A DNA stretch of 64,000 nt from the human T2T-CHM13v2.0 reference genome, Homo sapiens, in assembly GCF_009914755.1 (NCBI RefSeq), contig NC_060935.1; one strand, given 5' to 3'. Below, one piece after another: positions 64,000 to 64,000 of the stretch. The stretch's first letter is position 1. Every line of letters begins with the position of its first letter. The notes beneath the pieces are model-generated. The model ran no database searches. It was given only the letters and a program-made list of their open reading frames with translations, and had not been told where the DNA came from. Both the position numbers and the translations under genes were made by a program.

Positions 64000-64000
64000 A

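Overview
Human/primate genomic DNA that I recognise from the encoded proteins as the TRAPPC4-SLC37A4-HYOU1-VPS11 cluster (11q23.3). It holds the last two exons of TRAPPC4 (+) and three complete genes: SLC37A4 (-, 429 aa plus a 66-nt cassette exon), HYOU1 (-, 999 aa, 25 coding exons) and VPS11 (+, 941 aa, 16 exons). I traced exon boundaries by hand and they sum to intact reading frames. The rest is very Alu-dense and also contains a complete SVA, a HERV-K(HML-2) LTR5 solo LTR and a short ERVL-class solo LTR (each with a visible TSD), plus L1, L2, MIR and MER fragments. The most unusual structure is VPS11 intron 1. It is a U12-type AT-AC intron enclosing a second, U2-type GC-AG intron whose donor is MIR-derived. 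Using the inner intron turns the canonical start into an 82-aa uORF whose stop overlaps (ATGA) the start of an in-frame 931-aa alternative isoform, a twintron-like spliceosome switch. Other points are SLC37A4's TATA/HNF1 promoter lying inside an exon of its distal transcript, the ERSE/ERSE-II/UPRE array at HYOU1, and CLEAR E-boxes at VPS11. Repeat subfamily calls are by eye and need RepeatMasker/Dfam.
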